64,000 nt of DNA. Origin: Raja brachyura. Lineage: Eukaryota. Where the stretch lies: contig OY740788.1 of NCBI GenBank assembly GCA_963514005.1, positions 45,880,001-45,944,000 of the forward strand, in the 5' to 3' direction. The stretch's first letter is position 1. Every line of letters starts with the position of its first letter. The translations under genes were made by a program, and so were the position numbers. The notes beneath the pieces were generated by a model. It ran no database searches. It was not told the DNA's origin and worked only from the letters and a program-made list of their open reading frames with translations. Positions 12,712 to 26,983 of the stretch are shown piece after piece.

Positions 12712-15288
12712 GTAAGATTGTATTTTAATCATATTTGACTGTGTACTGAATATAGATTATTAATTTTAAATAATCTGTTACTCTTTTGTAAGAGCATCAT
12801 TTTGAACTTTTATTTCTAACATTCTACTGACCATTATTTTTCATGCCAAATGTAATAAATATTTGTTATGTTGCATCAGCTTTTACATTGCTTTCCACGT
12901 TTTTGTTCCCTTTCTAATATCTGCCTATTCTCAATCCAGTGTCTCTTGTTGGGTTTTGTTCCACTGGCAGTGATGAGTGGTGTGCATGGGTACAGACAAA
13001 AAAGGGATTCAATTTACTTAAATTGTCATATAAAACTTAACATAAAACTTAAAAGTGTGTTTTTTTCCCCCCTATGAATTAGGGAGGTCCCTGCCAAGTG
13101 TAATTTAATTCTGAGGTTTTTATAATATAAGTCCCCCCCCCCGAGCCACGAGGTGCTGAGGCCCACATTAAAGACACCTAGCTGAAATTACAGCTGTGTA
13201 GAAATTGGATATGATCTACCTGTACCTCTTTGCAATGCACTACTTTCTTTTTCGACACCATATAGCCAAAGTATGAACAAAACAAAACAGTATCTCACAA
13301 AGCATGACTTAATTTATGATGATAGAAAGATCCCTTCACAAGCAGCTAATGAGAACAATGTGCATCAAATTAGGGTGAACTTGTATACTTCATTTTATAA
13401 CATATTTGACTTTGGGTAATAAAGATGGCAAATCTTTATGGTGTCGGGAAAGAAAGCTACGCAGTGCAAATATGTACAGGCAGAGCATATCCTATTTCTA
13501 CATTGCTGTCATTTCAGCTAGGTGTGTTGAATGTGGGTTTCCAATGTCCATTCTATATATTGTTCTTCTGCTCCAGTTCCCCACATTCTAAACCCAAATC
13601 CCTTAACAGCAGTTTCTGTTTTTTACCACATTGGGTATTTTTTAACACTTTTTTTAGAAAATCAAGCTAGTGTGTGAAATTGAATTCCTGTTTTTTTTAA
13701 TGGTTTGTGTTTATGTGGAATAATTAATGGAACTTTTTTTTGGGAGGCTTAAAGCACAATTTATTAAGTTTCAATAAATTCTCAACCTTTCCGCCTCAAA
13801 TACAAAATTGAAGTAATATTTCTGAATGGGGACCAGACATTCACATTGCTGTTTTACTAAATGTATAATTTATTGGAATTTATTGGGTTATCTTTGTATT
13901 TAAAGACTTGGATTTTACAGTCCACGTCCTTTTCTCATTGGCAGAAATAAATGAACAATTTAATTAAAAGTATTATTTTACTTTTGCAGGCACTATAAGC
14001 ATAGGGAGCAAGGAAATTATGGTATACATTCTCTAACTTTCAGTAACAGTCACTAATACAAGTTTATTTCTTAACATTACAAAATTATATTCAGAGGGAA
14101 TCTTCAGATAGTGCCTAGTGTTCAAAAATACTGATTAACTTAGCTGCAACCATGTCTGGATTGAAAAGAGAAGTACCGATGCAGTGTAAATGCAGATTTG
14201 GGAGTGCCATATGCTTCTCCCAAATTCCCAGCGACAACCATGTATGTAGATTTCCGTATAGATTTATATAGTTTTCAGTAATGGGGGAAAAAAAATGTTA
14301 ATGCTAGAATGTCTTGGCAAAACCACCTTTGAGCTCAGCTTTGTTCATGTACTCCACTCTCTAGGAAATTGAGAAGCACCATTGCAAATGTATCAAATAT
14401 CATTCCTCTTAGTTTAAAAAATCCTTCTGGCTATCTCGCAAAACCTTCATTGGAGATATGAAATGCTATAGATACTGACTGCCTGCAAAGTGCTAGAGTT
14501 CACAGCATCTACAGTTTTTGTTGTTTCAGTTCGTATTCAGTTCCAGCATTGTTTATTTTTGTCATTTTTCTTTCTTTCCCTTCCTCTGCTTTCATTCATC
14601 TCATATTATCCATATCTGCCCCCTGGCAATGATCTTCAGATGTTAAGCCGCATTCCCTCTCTCAGCTGGTACCACAACTGCCGCTTATGTTGATTTTCTG
14701 CTAATCACAAGCTTTCCATTTGTTCTCCACCTACTATTATTCTCTTCAATTCAAAATGTGCAAATTTCTAACTTTTCCTTGTTTCGATGGGAAACTTTTA
14801 GATTGAAATGCAACTGTTTTTCACTTGCCTTTCTAAATCCTGCCTTGTTGGCTGCATATTTCAACAGTTTTCTTTTTATATTATTTAGATGTGTAATTTG
14901 CAAAACACTTCCATCGATTCAGATCTATATGAAGCAGGTTTATTTTCAGGCGCAGAGTATTTAGAAATGCCTCAGACCATGAAAATGTAATATGTAATAA
15001 ACTGTAGGTCAGATTGACACTGACATTTACAACGTTCATCATGATCATTGGAAGGTCAGAGTGAAATTCAAGTATCCTTGCAACAGGCAAGGATAAGGAA
15101 GTGTTCAAACCGCACTGTTGCACAGCTTAAGTGTTTAAATCTTTCAAATGGAATAATGACTTGAATGGGGAAGATTTAATTGTGTGAATTCGGAAGTAAG
15201 GATTTTTTTTTAAATTGGCTATTTTGCTTTATGAACTTAATAATGATTTTAGTAGTATTATTTATAGGCAACCTTTTTTCTCTCCTAG

Positions 15289-15354
15289 TGAAATTATTTG
15301 AAGTAATTGAAACTGAGAAGACACTGTATTTAATCATGGAATATGCAAGTGGGG
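15289..15354 (+). CDS. MARK1: MARK1 coding exon ([22 protein letters not shown]), 66 nt
   Basis: ctcctag| acceptor, |gtaagt donor; phase compatible with previous exon; overlaps ORF 15180..15362. Confidence 0.96.
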
Positions 15355-15743
15355 GTAAGTGAAGGCTTTGGCTGTTCCTTGTAATTGATGCAAAGTGTGT
15401 GGCTTCCACAAGAAGAGAATCTCACTGAAATAATGGAAGCACAAGAGACTGCGGATGATGAATGCTGCAGGGGGTGAAAATGAGAGCAGCTGGTCAGGCA
15501 GACAGCATCAGAGGGAAATTAACAGTCGATATTTTGAGTAGACCCTTTCGTGTTATCCAATAGAGAGCCAGAGTTTTGGGTTAAGACTCTTCGCCTAGAC
15601 TGATGTAGGGTCTTGACCCAAAATGTCGTCTGTCCATTTGCCCCCACAGCTGCTGTCTGGCTTGTGGAATTCCTTAAGCTGCTCTCCCTTTTTTGTTCAC
15701 TGTTATAATGTTGGATTTGCATCAATGACTCTCTTAATCTGGT

Positions 15744-15928
15744 AAAGAAGTAACTGCAGATGCTGGAAAATGAAAGGTAGACAAAAATGCTGGAGAAACT
15801 CAGCGGGTGAGACAGCATATGGAGCGAAGGAAACAGGAGATGTTGGTCTCGACCCGAAACGTCGCCTATTTCCTTCGCTCCATAGATGCTGTCTCACCCA
15901 CTGAGTTTCTCCAGCATTTTTGTCTACC
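15744..15928. mobile_element. Palindromic Penelope-terminus insert (hairpin 15776-15928)
   Basis: Roughly 70-nt inverted arms; degenerate 13-bp direct repeat CTCTTAA(TC/AG)TGGT at 15731 and 15928. Confidence 0.8.
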
Positions 15929-17371
15929 TCTTAAAGTGGTTGTTCAAATAAATGTATTCTTAAAATTAAAGACAGTGTTTTGTCACCATTGTTATTTATC
16001 TCTTCTAGTATTTATCTCTTCTGGGTTTTTTTTAAATTAAGATTTTGCTCCATTCTCCCTTTGACTTCTGTGAGTCTCAAGTTCCTGAACAGCCTGGTTC
16101 CATTATAGCTGTTCAAGCACCCAAAAGCATAGATTGATATCAAAGTAAGCAATCCTTTTGACGATGATGAGCTGTAGTTTTAGCTCAGTTGTAAAAATAC
16201 AAACATAGAAAATTAGTACATTTGGACAGGGAACATGATCGGGAACAAAAGCAGAATAACTTAATTTCAACAATTGTATTAAATAAATAATTGAGATTAA
16301 GTTATTGCTTTTTTGTTCCCAATAAAGTTGTTCTTTGCCAATTAACACTGCAATGTTTGCACATTAACTACTTTAATCTTTACATTTTGAAGCACCTTGT
16401 ATTTGTGCACTATTTGTTAAACTGAGAGTTGAAAGTTATATTTGTATTCTAAAATCGTAATCTGTGGCAAATGTGAATAAGAGATGATAAATTAATGTGT
16501 GTCAAATTATCTTAAAATTGTAAAGATAGTAGTTATAACTATAGTTTTCCTCCGATGAATACAGAACCATTTATCTATTATCGAAACTACAATGCAGTAA
16601 ATATTTCTAGCAAATTCCTTTTGATATATACCCCAGAAAATTGCAGGGTGAGATCATGTTTAAATAGTGTGACGGTTGAACTTCTAATGCCAGCAAAGTG
16701 TCTCTTACATCAAATCTCATCTAAAAATATCTGCAGGATAAAGCATTGGAATGCAGAAATGTTTTACCGGATACATTAGACTGTCACAATATGTATTATG
16801 TTTTTTCAAGCTTTGTCCCACTTAAACGTAGGTCTGTCACATTCTGCTCTTTCAAATTCTACCCCAGCTGTGAAGTTTTGGATGTCTGGGTACTCCATAA
16901 ATTCTTTCCATTCATCTTTGTGATCAGTCAGAAGACACACAGTTCAAACAGGGAAACTGGTAATACACCTTTTCCTTGAATTGGATCAGTCCCTTCTAAC
17001 TTAAAATTTTGCACGAGAATAGACTAATTTATTCAAGAAATTGTAGAAGACAATCTGCATTTAATTGTAAGTGGTGTATTCTTGAAATTGCTGGTAATTT
17101 TGCTTCTGTGGGAAGGTTCATACAACATGATAACCTTGATCATTCTTCATGGCTAATTAGTTGCAAATCTGTTGAGATTAATGTAACAAATAATAAAAAG
17201 CTTTTAAAGTTTTTCTTAAATCGGTTGACCTTTTAAGTCTTTGGAAGAATTGAAAGAAATCAATTCATTTACCCTGCCATTCACATTTGATCTGCAGAAT
17301 ATTTATTAGCTGCCACTTGTCATTTTGTTTCATGGAATAAAAAATAAATTGTCTAGCATTATTTTTGTAGT

Positions 17372-18114
17372 CACAAAATGCCTGAGTAACTCAGCAGGTC
17401 AGGCAGCATCTCTGGAGAAAAGGAATAGTTGATGTTTCGGGTGAGACCCTTCTTCAGACTGATGTCAGGGGGACAAAGATGGAATGTTGTCACAGTAAGA
17501 CTGGTGGGAGAACTGGGAAGGGAGAGGGGATGGAGAGAGAGGGAAAGCAAGGGCTATTTGAAGTTTGAGAAGTCAATGTTCATACCGCTGGGGTGTAAGG
17601 TACTCAAGCGAAATATGAAGTGCTGTTCCTCCAATTTGCGCTGGGCCTCACTCTGAGGAGGCCCAGGACTGAAGGGTCAGATTGGGAATGGGAGGGGGAG
17701 TTGAAGTGCTGAGCCACCAGGAGATCAGGTAGGTTAAGACGGACTGAATGGAGATGTTCAGCGAAACAATTGCCGAGCCTGCGCTTGGTCTCGCCGATGT
17801 AGTGAAGTTGACACCTGGAACAGCCGATACAGTAGATGAGGTTGGAAGAGGTGCAAGTGAACCTCTGCTTCACCTGGAAAGACTGTTTGGGTGCTTGGAT
17901 TGGTTGAGGGGGGAGGTAAAGGGACAGGTGTCACATCTCCTGCGGTTGCAGGGGAAAGTACCTGGGAAGGGGGTAGTTTTGGTGGGAAGAGATGAGTTGA
18001 CCAGGGAGTTTTGGAGAGAACGGTCTCTGCGGAAAGCAGAAAGGGGTGTAGATGGGAAGATGTGGCCAGCAGCGGGATCCCGTTGGAGGTGGCGAAAATG
18101 GATTATATGCTGTG
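17372..18114 (-). mobile_element. Penelope-like element 3' part: degenerate GIY-YIG endonuclease plus terminal repeat with hammerhead core
   Basis: ORF 17604..17873 NLIYCIGCSRCQLHYIGETKRRLG...EH...VAQHFN; TSD ATTTTTGTAGT at 17361 and 18115. Confidence 0.9.
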
Positions 18115-18637
18115 ATTTTTGTAGTGTTGCTAACTGTTGGTTTTAACTTGCCCACCACCAAAGTAACTGAAAAAAGAACCTGCGTTTTATTGTTTCTGAA
18201 TTGTTAATGTATGATTCTAATCAAATGAAAGTGGATTTATGTTATATTCTTCAGCTTTGTTTGCCAGTTGTTCTGGTACTCAAATCCGAAGCTGTCCTGT
18301 TGAGTATCTCCAGTCAGCTTTCAAGTTTTTATTTTCATTCTTTTAAATGGAGATGAGAACTTCCTTTGTACATTAAAACAAATCATAATTATAGAGTTCA
18401 GAAAATATGGAATGTGATAAGGTTTGCAACAAAGATTTTGTGTTTGAAATTTGTCTTTGGCCACTGAACAATGAATCCAAATTTTGGAGGATTGTAGCTG
18501 CATACTCTATTGCATGTGTAATGCAAGTGATGAAGGATGTATTTCTACCACTTTGCTTTTCAAAGTTCATTTGAAAAGAGCTTTGAAAAGTGAACATGTT
18601 TAGGAAGAAGTGTAATATTAGATTGTGCATTCAGTAA

Positions 18638-18751
<114 letters not shown>

Positions 18752-19349
18752 TGAGTGCAATTACATAAGAATTTAGGTTTAATTCTCATGACATTAATTA
18801 TAAATTGTTATAGATTGTTGCATATACATATGTGAACTAAATTACCAGGTTTGAAAGAGTGATTTAAAGGAGAAAAGAAAGATAGGAATGGAAGGGGGTG
18901 GTGTAGCAGTTCCTCAGCGCTGGTGCAGTTATAGGGCTGGAAACACACACTTGAGCAATGTAAAAACAAGGATGGGAATTGCACAACCCAGGAGCGCTGA
19001 CCTGAAATGAATTGGAAAAGATGGGTTCAGGTACAATAATCACATGAATTCAGCATCAGACGATCTAAGAATGGACATGAGTCTGGTAATATTACAGATG
19101 TGGAATTATGCATACTAATGGCAAGATATGCAGTAGGATCTGAGGGTCGAGTGGAAAGCAAGAATGCAAACAAGTCCACTGAAACTTTTATCAAATATTT
19201 ACCTAGAAGGCAGATTATGTCATCGGTTAAAGCAGTGTGTCTAGTAGGAACGGTGGGTTTTGTCATCTGATATGACTGATTGTTGTTAAATACTTCTAAC
19301 TTTAATAGTGCTTTAGATGGTGTAGTGGGGCAGGAGGTTCAATTAAAGA

Positions 19350-19485
19350 TATTTAGTTTAGAGGTACAGCGCAGAAACAGGCCCTTCGGCCCAGCGATCT
19401 CCGCACATTAACACTACCTTACACACATTAGGAACAATTTTACATTTATAACCAAGCAAATTAACTTACAAATCTAGCTTCTTTG
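19350..19485 (-). mobile_element. V-SINE 3' fragment
   Basis: tttagtttagaggtacagcgcagaaacaggcccttcggccc is the reverse complement of the SINE tail. Confidence 0.7.
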
Positions 19486-19669
19486 TGGAAGAGAGGAGCA
19501 CGAACAGATTGGACAGAAATTTTGAGCCATTAAGCAAAATTTTGATGAGCTGTTTTGGAAGACGTGCAACAAGCAACGTGCAACATTCTTATGCGTTTCC
19601 AACTTCTAAAACCACTGGGTTTGCTGAATTGGTTCCAACCAAAGTCACACATGACATCCTAAGGCATTA

Positions 19670-19900
19670 AGGTCATAATGAATATTAGAATTAGGCCATT
19701 CGGCCCATCAAGTCTACTCTGCCATTCAATCATGGCTGGTCTATCTCTCCCGCCTAACCCCATTCTCCTGCCTTCTCCCACTAACCTCTGACCTATACTA
19801 ATCAAGAATCTATCTCTGCCTTAAAAATATTCACTGACTTGGCCTCCACAGCCTTCTGTGGCAAATAATTGCACAGATTCACCACCCTCTGACTAAAGAT
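19670..19900 (-). mobile_element. CR1-type LINE 3' end
   Basis: gaattaggccattcggcccatc...cacagattcaccaccctctgact, reverse complement of 32960-33180. Confidence 0.75.
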
Positions 19901-21059
19901 TGCCTCTGACTGCATCCTTTGTGATGCATTTCCCTCCTCTTCAATGCAAGCCTTCATCATGATGGGTAGAACCTCCTGTAATGTATTTCCTCATTGTCCC
20001 AGCATAATCAAATACTCCCCACTTAATGCCACTTAGTTTCCCAATTTTAATTAGAGAATTTCAACCAATGATATCATATTATATTCTGGATTTATTCCAT
20101 AAATCCCTCTGCTACTCTCCCTCCCCCTTAATGCATTAAAAATATGACTGAACTTTTGGGACATTTGCCATAATATGTGGCACAACACCAGATGTCATTC
20201 ATTATGCTCCTATGAAACTTACTGGTAAGCAAGATGTCAGCCTTGCTAATAGTGCAGGTGTCTCTCTGTATGAATGAATGAATATTGTCACACGTGTCTG
20301 TGACTTGTCATCTTCCTTAGTGATATGCTACATGTTAAAGACATCATGCACAAAAGTGTTGTACATTTCCATGCATGCATGATATCACCCAGTTCTAACT
20401 CTTATTCCTTTCACTGAAAAAAAAATAGGGGTTAGATGTTAGCACTCCAAGGTCATTAGGAATTGTCTTCAGTTTCATATCTAGAATTTGCTTCACTATG
20501 GTATGTTTAGATGAACAGATGATGCAAATGTAACTACCATTCCAACATTACACTTAAAAAGAGAAAACTTTTTTGTTTAACCAAAAATGCAGTTGTGTGA
20601 AGCAGCTTGGCTTTGTGGTAGTACTGTCATCTAACAAGTTGTAGCTACATACGCTGATGCCCCACTTTTTTATTGAATATAAGTTGCAGCAAGAGTAGGC
20701 CATGTGTCCTTGGGCCTTCTCCAGCTTTGAGACAACCTGCTAAATTCAGGTATTATTTTCCTTTGTTATGTTGGATATAGTGGATTTTTTGATATTTACA
20801 GAAGGTCTGTGAAAGGGGGTGAATGTAAAGTAGAGGAATGTAGTGTTCATCTTTCAATAAAACTGCAATGAATTGTCTGGTCATTTATTGTTGTTTCTGA
20901 CATCTGTGTATCATGTGCATGTGATTTATCACAAAACAATACTACAAATAAACTTCAAACATAATTCATTGGTTGTGAAGCATTTCAGTTGAAGGACATT
21001 CAAAGAATTTCAGCAGAGCTGCATTTTAATATTTACTGAGAGATGTGTAATGTAAGTAG

Positions 21060-23010
21060 ACGACTGTCCAGCTGATCCTGCTCCAACATTCAGCATGGGA
21101 AAAGGGCCTCTGACTCACCAAATAGGATCTCATATTTATCCATATTATTAAAAAATCTCCCATATATCTACACACTCCATCATTCTGCCAAAATCACTTT
21201 GGAACTTTTCTTCTTCCTCCTCAGGACACTCTCCTCCCATCTTTATCCTGTCTGCGGGATGCTATATTTAATTCCCACATCCAAATCAACATGTATTGTG
21301 AATAGTTGGAGCACCATCAATGATCCTTCTGTTACTCTACTGACCACTGCTTGTAATTTTGAAAATGACAAATTCATTCCTTTGCCCCCTATCAGCCAGT
21401 CAGTTCTCTATTAAATATAAGCACCTTATATTTAATCCCATCTGCTTTTATTTTGCACATTATTTTCATACATGGGCCTTATCAAAAGAAAACTTTCAGA
21501 AAGTCCAAATATTTGACATTCACTTTTTTTTTATTTATTCTGCTTGTCACATCCTCTCAAAACTCCAGTAGATTTATCAAGCATGATTTATTTTCCACAA
21601 ATCCATGGTGGCAACACCTGATCCTGTCATTCTTCTCCAAGTTCTCTGCTATTCCATATTTCATTATGAGCTCTACCTTTTTTCCTGCTACTTGTGTCAG
21701 GCTAAACGTATAAAATTCCCTGTTTTCTCTTTACCTGATTTTTTTTTTTAACATCATGGTTATGTTAGATATCCTTCAATCATTGGAACTGTAGAGTCTG
21801 ATGAATGTTGGAAAATGCCACTTCCTTAAGTACTATACAAATCAAACTGTTGTGCCTTGGGAATCTATTGGTCTTTAATCTAATTCCCTCGCATCATTTC
21901 CCTATTAATACATTTAATTTAGTTTCCCTTGCTGTGTTTCCCAATATTCCTGGGATGTTATTTGTAACCTCCTTTTTAAAGATATAATCTAATTAATTTG
22001 TGAAGAAAGAAGTATGCCATTTCTTTATTCCCTATTACAAGTTCTCCTATTTCTGGGTGTAATAGACTCCTAATTTCATTCACTAATATTTTTCTCCTCG
22101 CATCTATGTGATATGTCTTTATATCAGAGTTTTAAGTACTCTATAAGTTTTGCTGTCATATTTTATTTTTTCCCTTCCTAACCAATCCTTGTGTTGAAAT
22201 CTAAACGGCTCTAAAACCTGCACATTTTTCTGGAAAATAATATTCTGATTAAAATAATTATTTTAAAAGTTCAGGTCAAATAATTGTATTCAGATGGTCA
22301 TATGGCACAGAAACAGATCCTGTTAGCCCACCATGTCCACATTAACCATCAATACCCATCTATACTAATTTGATTTACCAGCACTAGATTCATGGTCCAC
22401 TATGCTTGGGCGCTTGAAGTGCTTATCCAAATATTGTGATAGTACCTGCCTCCACTACTTTCTCAGACATTGCATTCCAGATGCAAACTTTTTATTGATG
22501 AAAATATTCCTGCACAGATGCCCTCTGAAACTCATACTCCTCACGTTAAACCTGTGGCCTCTGATCTTGGTCACCTCTATCACGGTGCAAAACTAACATA
22601 GTGTCCACCAAATGTCATAATTTTCTATACCCCTCCCCCACCTCAAGCTTCCTTTGGTCCAAGGAAAAAATATCCAGTATGTCCTACAACTGAAACACTC
22701 AGCCCAGGCAAAATCTCCTCTACACCTTCTCCAGAGCAATCACATCAAAAGTGTGGTGACCAGAATTGCACACTGTATTCCAGCCATGGCTTAACCAATG
22801 TTTTATGAAGTTATATCAAGACTTCTTTGCACTTGTTGACTATGCCCTGGCTAAAAGTGCAAACATCCCACTATGCCTCCTTCACCTTTCTACCTATCTG
22901 CACCTTGGACTTGTACACCAAGACTCCTCCGTTTTTCTCAATACTCCCTGGGCCTTGCCATTCACTGTGTATGCCCTCCCCTGAGTAGACTCTCCAAAAT
23001 GCATCATTTG
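21060..23010 (-). mobile_element. Old, decayed CR1-type LINE fragments
   Basis: Degenerate CR1-like motifs (ttttccacaaatccatggtg; gtggtgaccagaattgcacactgtattcca); no intact ORF. Confidence 0.55.
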
Positions 23011-23552
23011 CTGATATGTATATAAAATGGCAGTTTTATAAATATCTACCAGCATTTATTTGCAACTGAAAATCTTTTAGTGCATTTTTAGTGACTAGTA
23101 GTTCCCATACCTGAGAACAATTTACACATGTGACTGAACAATCGATTTGTTTTAATTAATTGACATAAATGATAATCACAAATTCAAGTTTGCTCAATTT
23201 TTAGGTTTTGGCATATATTCAGGACTAGAAAAATGAAATTAAATGCTAATGTTCAACCAAACTTTCTCTTAAAGAGGTAAGAACTGAAGTGTACAGTTTT
23301 TTTCTGTCATACCATAGAAACAAATGAGACCATTCTTATTCCTTAAATTCAACATATTCATTCTACTTTACATCCTTCCCCTTTCATAGTCATTTTTTTT
23401 CTCTGAATGAGTGAACATGTGTTAATGTTATCTCAATCGATGCATCACTAACTTTGATATTTAAGATAATGTATTGCTGCAGCTTCAATGAAATGACACT
23501 GGCATATGTGTGTTGAAAATATTTCTGAATTGTTCTGATTTTTATTTTTCAG

Positions 23553-23609
23553 ATTGTTTCTTCAGTAGAATACTGTCATCAGAGGTGTATTGTACATAGA
23601 GATCTTAAG
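23553..23609 (+). CDS. MARK1: MARK1 coding exon (IVSSVEYCHQRCIVHRDLK, catalytic HRD), 57 nt
   Basis: tttttcag| acceptor, |gtacct donor; HRDLK catalytic loop. Confidence 0.95.
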
Positions 23610-23735
23610 GTACCTGAAACCGAAAGGAATTTTCTGATTCTGATGTTGTATTTTTAACAGCTGCTTCGGTTTAAGGTTTTGTTAATTCATGAATTAATTG
23701 GCAAAGGTAATCATTCGATGCTTCAATTTTTTTAG

Positions 23736-23999
<264 letters not shown>

Positions 24000-25129
24000 T
24001 AACATTGAATTGTATAAAATCTACAAAATAGATTACCCTTACTTGCTATCAGCCATACTGGCTTTGTTGCTCTGTTTGAGCTCCCATCCTTCCACTTCTA
24101 TTCTATTGTAATAGCACTCTATTCCTTCCCCCTTCACATGCTTATCCTGATTTCCCCTTAAATCACTTGAACTATTCTGTTATTTCGATGTTCTTCTTTT
24201 GGGGTAAAATGGCTTTTGAAAAGGTTATTTGATTACTCGACGACTGTCATATTGCCATCCCATCAGTTCGCTGTAATCCACAAGTGGACCCACCATATCA
24301 GCTCTTGTTAAACATGTCACAACTTGAGCACAATGTTGATAAAGTCCCATGTTGCTAGATCTAAAACAGCTTTGTTTTAGCCTTTCGAAGGTACATGAAA
24401 ATATAATATCATTATAAGGCCCTCACCTTTCAGTTATTCCATTATCCCCTCCGCCCCTCTTCCCTTATGGGGATGTTTCTCTACTGATGTACCTCTTAAG
24501 ATGAAGGAAAAATGGAAAGTACCAGTCTTCAGTTAATACCAGTGTGATCAGACTGCCCTTGGCCTTGGCACTTCGTACAATCTTATGCGGTTCATTTTTT
24601 TAAATGGTGTAGCATCACCTTTTTTTGCAAGTTACTTTGTATTTTAATTATCTATATTTTTACTTGAGGTAATTTTGCTTACTGGCTTGGCAGCAGTCTT
24701 ACTACTTCAGTTACTTGCTGAGTAGAATATCATAAAATAGAGACATTGATTTTGAGTCCAATAATGTTTAAAATGTATTGATTTGGCATTTTTTTGAATT
24801 GGCACCAATGCAGAAAGCACTCTCGTAAAATGTCCTTTGGTGCTTGTGCACAAAATTTATAGGGCTTACATGGCACAAGTTTATTTCACTGACCTTGATG
24901 CTGGAGCCTACAACTACAGCTCAACCATGCTCACAGTAAGTAAATGTGAGTAAGATTAAAAATATAATGGACTGGTGTTTCATTTCATCAGTTTAATAAA
25001 ATTAGTAAAATAAAATCAGCTCCCTATTTATCCCCGACTTCCCGTTACATCCACCTAAAAAACAATGGATGCATTGGTACTACTTCCTGCATCATTGTGG
25101 AAGTTGACAATTTAATCATCTTTGCTTAT

Positions 25130-25860
25130 TAATTTTCACCCCACTCCAGAATTTGCTTGGGCCATTTCTCTCCCTTCTCTGTCCCCATCTCAGGAGACAA
25201 ATTACCCACTAACATCTACTATAAACTCACTGTCTCCTACAGCCTTCTAAACTGCACTCCTTCACATCCTTCTCTTGGATACCATTCCTTTTGCCCAGTC
25301 TCTCTACCCCACCCTCCCCTTTTTCCTTTGACCCTCCTCATGTCCACGTATTTTTTTTGGTCCCGTTTCCAATAATCTCCTCCTGCCCTCCTCATCACCT
25401 ACTTTCAACCCCCATCCCCTCCTGGTTCCATCCACCTAGTACATGCAGATTTTATTCACTGACTCCCCCTCCACTATCTTGTTCTGGTTTTATCTGTTCT
25501 TCACCTCTCCCTTAATGATTCCCATTATTACCTTACTTATCAGATTCTGACATTGGTAGCCTTCGTGTTGCTGTTTATCACCTCCCATCTGTCTCCATCT
25601 TCACTCTTCCCCTACCTGGCCACATTCCATAATGTGTCTTTGTCTTCTCTGTAACCCACTGACATCAGTCTTCCAACTCGCGCCTTGCCATTCCTTACTG
25701 GCTACATCTGCCTGTCATCCAGCACCTCAGTCCACCATTCATTTTCTGATTCCAATCTCACCCTCTCTCTCTCCACCTCATACAGGTTATCTTCCCTTTC
25801 CACTCTCATCCTGATGCAGGGTTTCAACCTGAAGCATCAACAGTTCTGCTCGGCCCCCTG
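25130..25860 (+). mobile_element. Decayed Penelope-like fragments, pyrimidine-rich, ending in a degenerate hammerhead-like terminus
   Basis: RT-like peptide remnant (ISGDKLPTNIYYKLT, ORF 25157..25375); ctgatgcagggtttcaacctgaagc near 25811. Confidence 0.55.
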
Positions 25861-26153
25861 CCCTTCATTTTTAGTACTGTGGCTTGACTTAGTAGTATGC
25901 TAAAAACACTTTGAAAATGCTGGAATCCATTAGTAATTCAACCAGTCAACGCAATTTTATGCCAAGTAAATCATTTTGAGAAATCTAAGCCTTTTCATTT
26001 TTTAGCTAGTGGTCCAAATAGAAGGAAAATAAATCGACACGGGTTATTTGGTTTAAAGGCATTCTTTGATTCTTGTCTCAGTAAATTCAGTACTTTTTGA
26101 ACCAAACATTTGAGGACTTGATTCTGTCTCATGGTCCAGGAAAGGTGCTATGA

Positions 26154-26312
<159 letters not shown>

Positions 26313-26471
26313 TAGAATTTGTGACGCTCACATTTTTGTTAATGGTTAATGTGGTTTTTTTAAACTAATTTTTCCACTTTTGCTCCAAAAATTATTGATA
26401 TAATTTTTTAAAGTTAATAAAGTTTACCGCTGGCAAACTTACTGAAATGTCACGATTTTTTTTGGAAACAG

Positions 26472-26571
26472 CAAATTATGAAGGATCGATGGATGAATGT
26501 TGGTTTTGAGGAGGAGGAATTGAAACCATACGGTGAACCAGAACCTGACTATAGTGATTCCAACAGAATAG
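26472..26571 (+). CDS. MARK1: MARK1 coding exon ([33 protein letters not shown]), 100 nt
   Basis: aaacag| acceptor, |gtaaat donor; kinase C-terminus and linker. Confidence 0.95.
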
Positions 26572-26870
26572 GTAAATCTTTTAATATTGCTTGAATGATG
26601 GGGGTTTGGTCTGCTGATCAATTGAAGTGAATTACAATTGTAAAAATAACTGTCCTTGGTTTATATTCACTCTTTCTATAATAAACACATTGAAAATTAG
26701 AAAAAGGTCTTACTATTTGTTCATTGGAATATGTTGTAGGATTCCCTCAGGCTAAGAATGAGCACAGAGAGTGTGCTGCAGAAATGTAGTTATGATGAGA
26801 ATAGTGCTTTGAGTGTATTTAAGCAAAATATATATTTTTAGATTGTAATTTCTGTTTTGATAATTTACAG

Positions 26871-26983
26871 AAACTATGATTACTATGGGCTACCCAAGAG
26901 ATGAAATTACTCAGTCCCTTGTGGGGCAGAAGTATGATGAAGTCATGGCCTGTTATCTATTATTAGGCAGGAAACCTCCAGAG
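26871..26983 (+). CDS. MARK1: MARK1 coding exon, UBA domain (ETMITMGYPRDEITQSLVGQKYDEVMACYLLLGRKPPE), 113 nt
   Basis: tttacag| acceptor, |gtaagt donor; MGY...YLLLG UBA signature. Confidence 0.95.
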
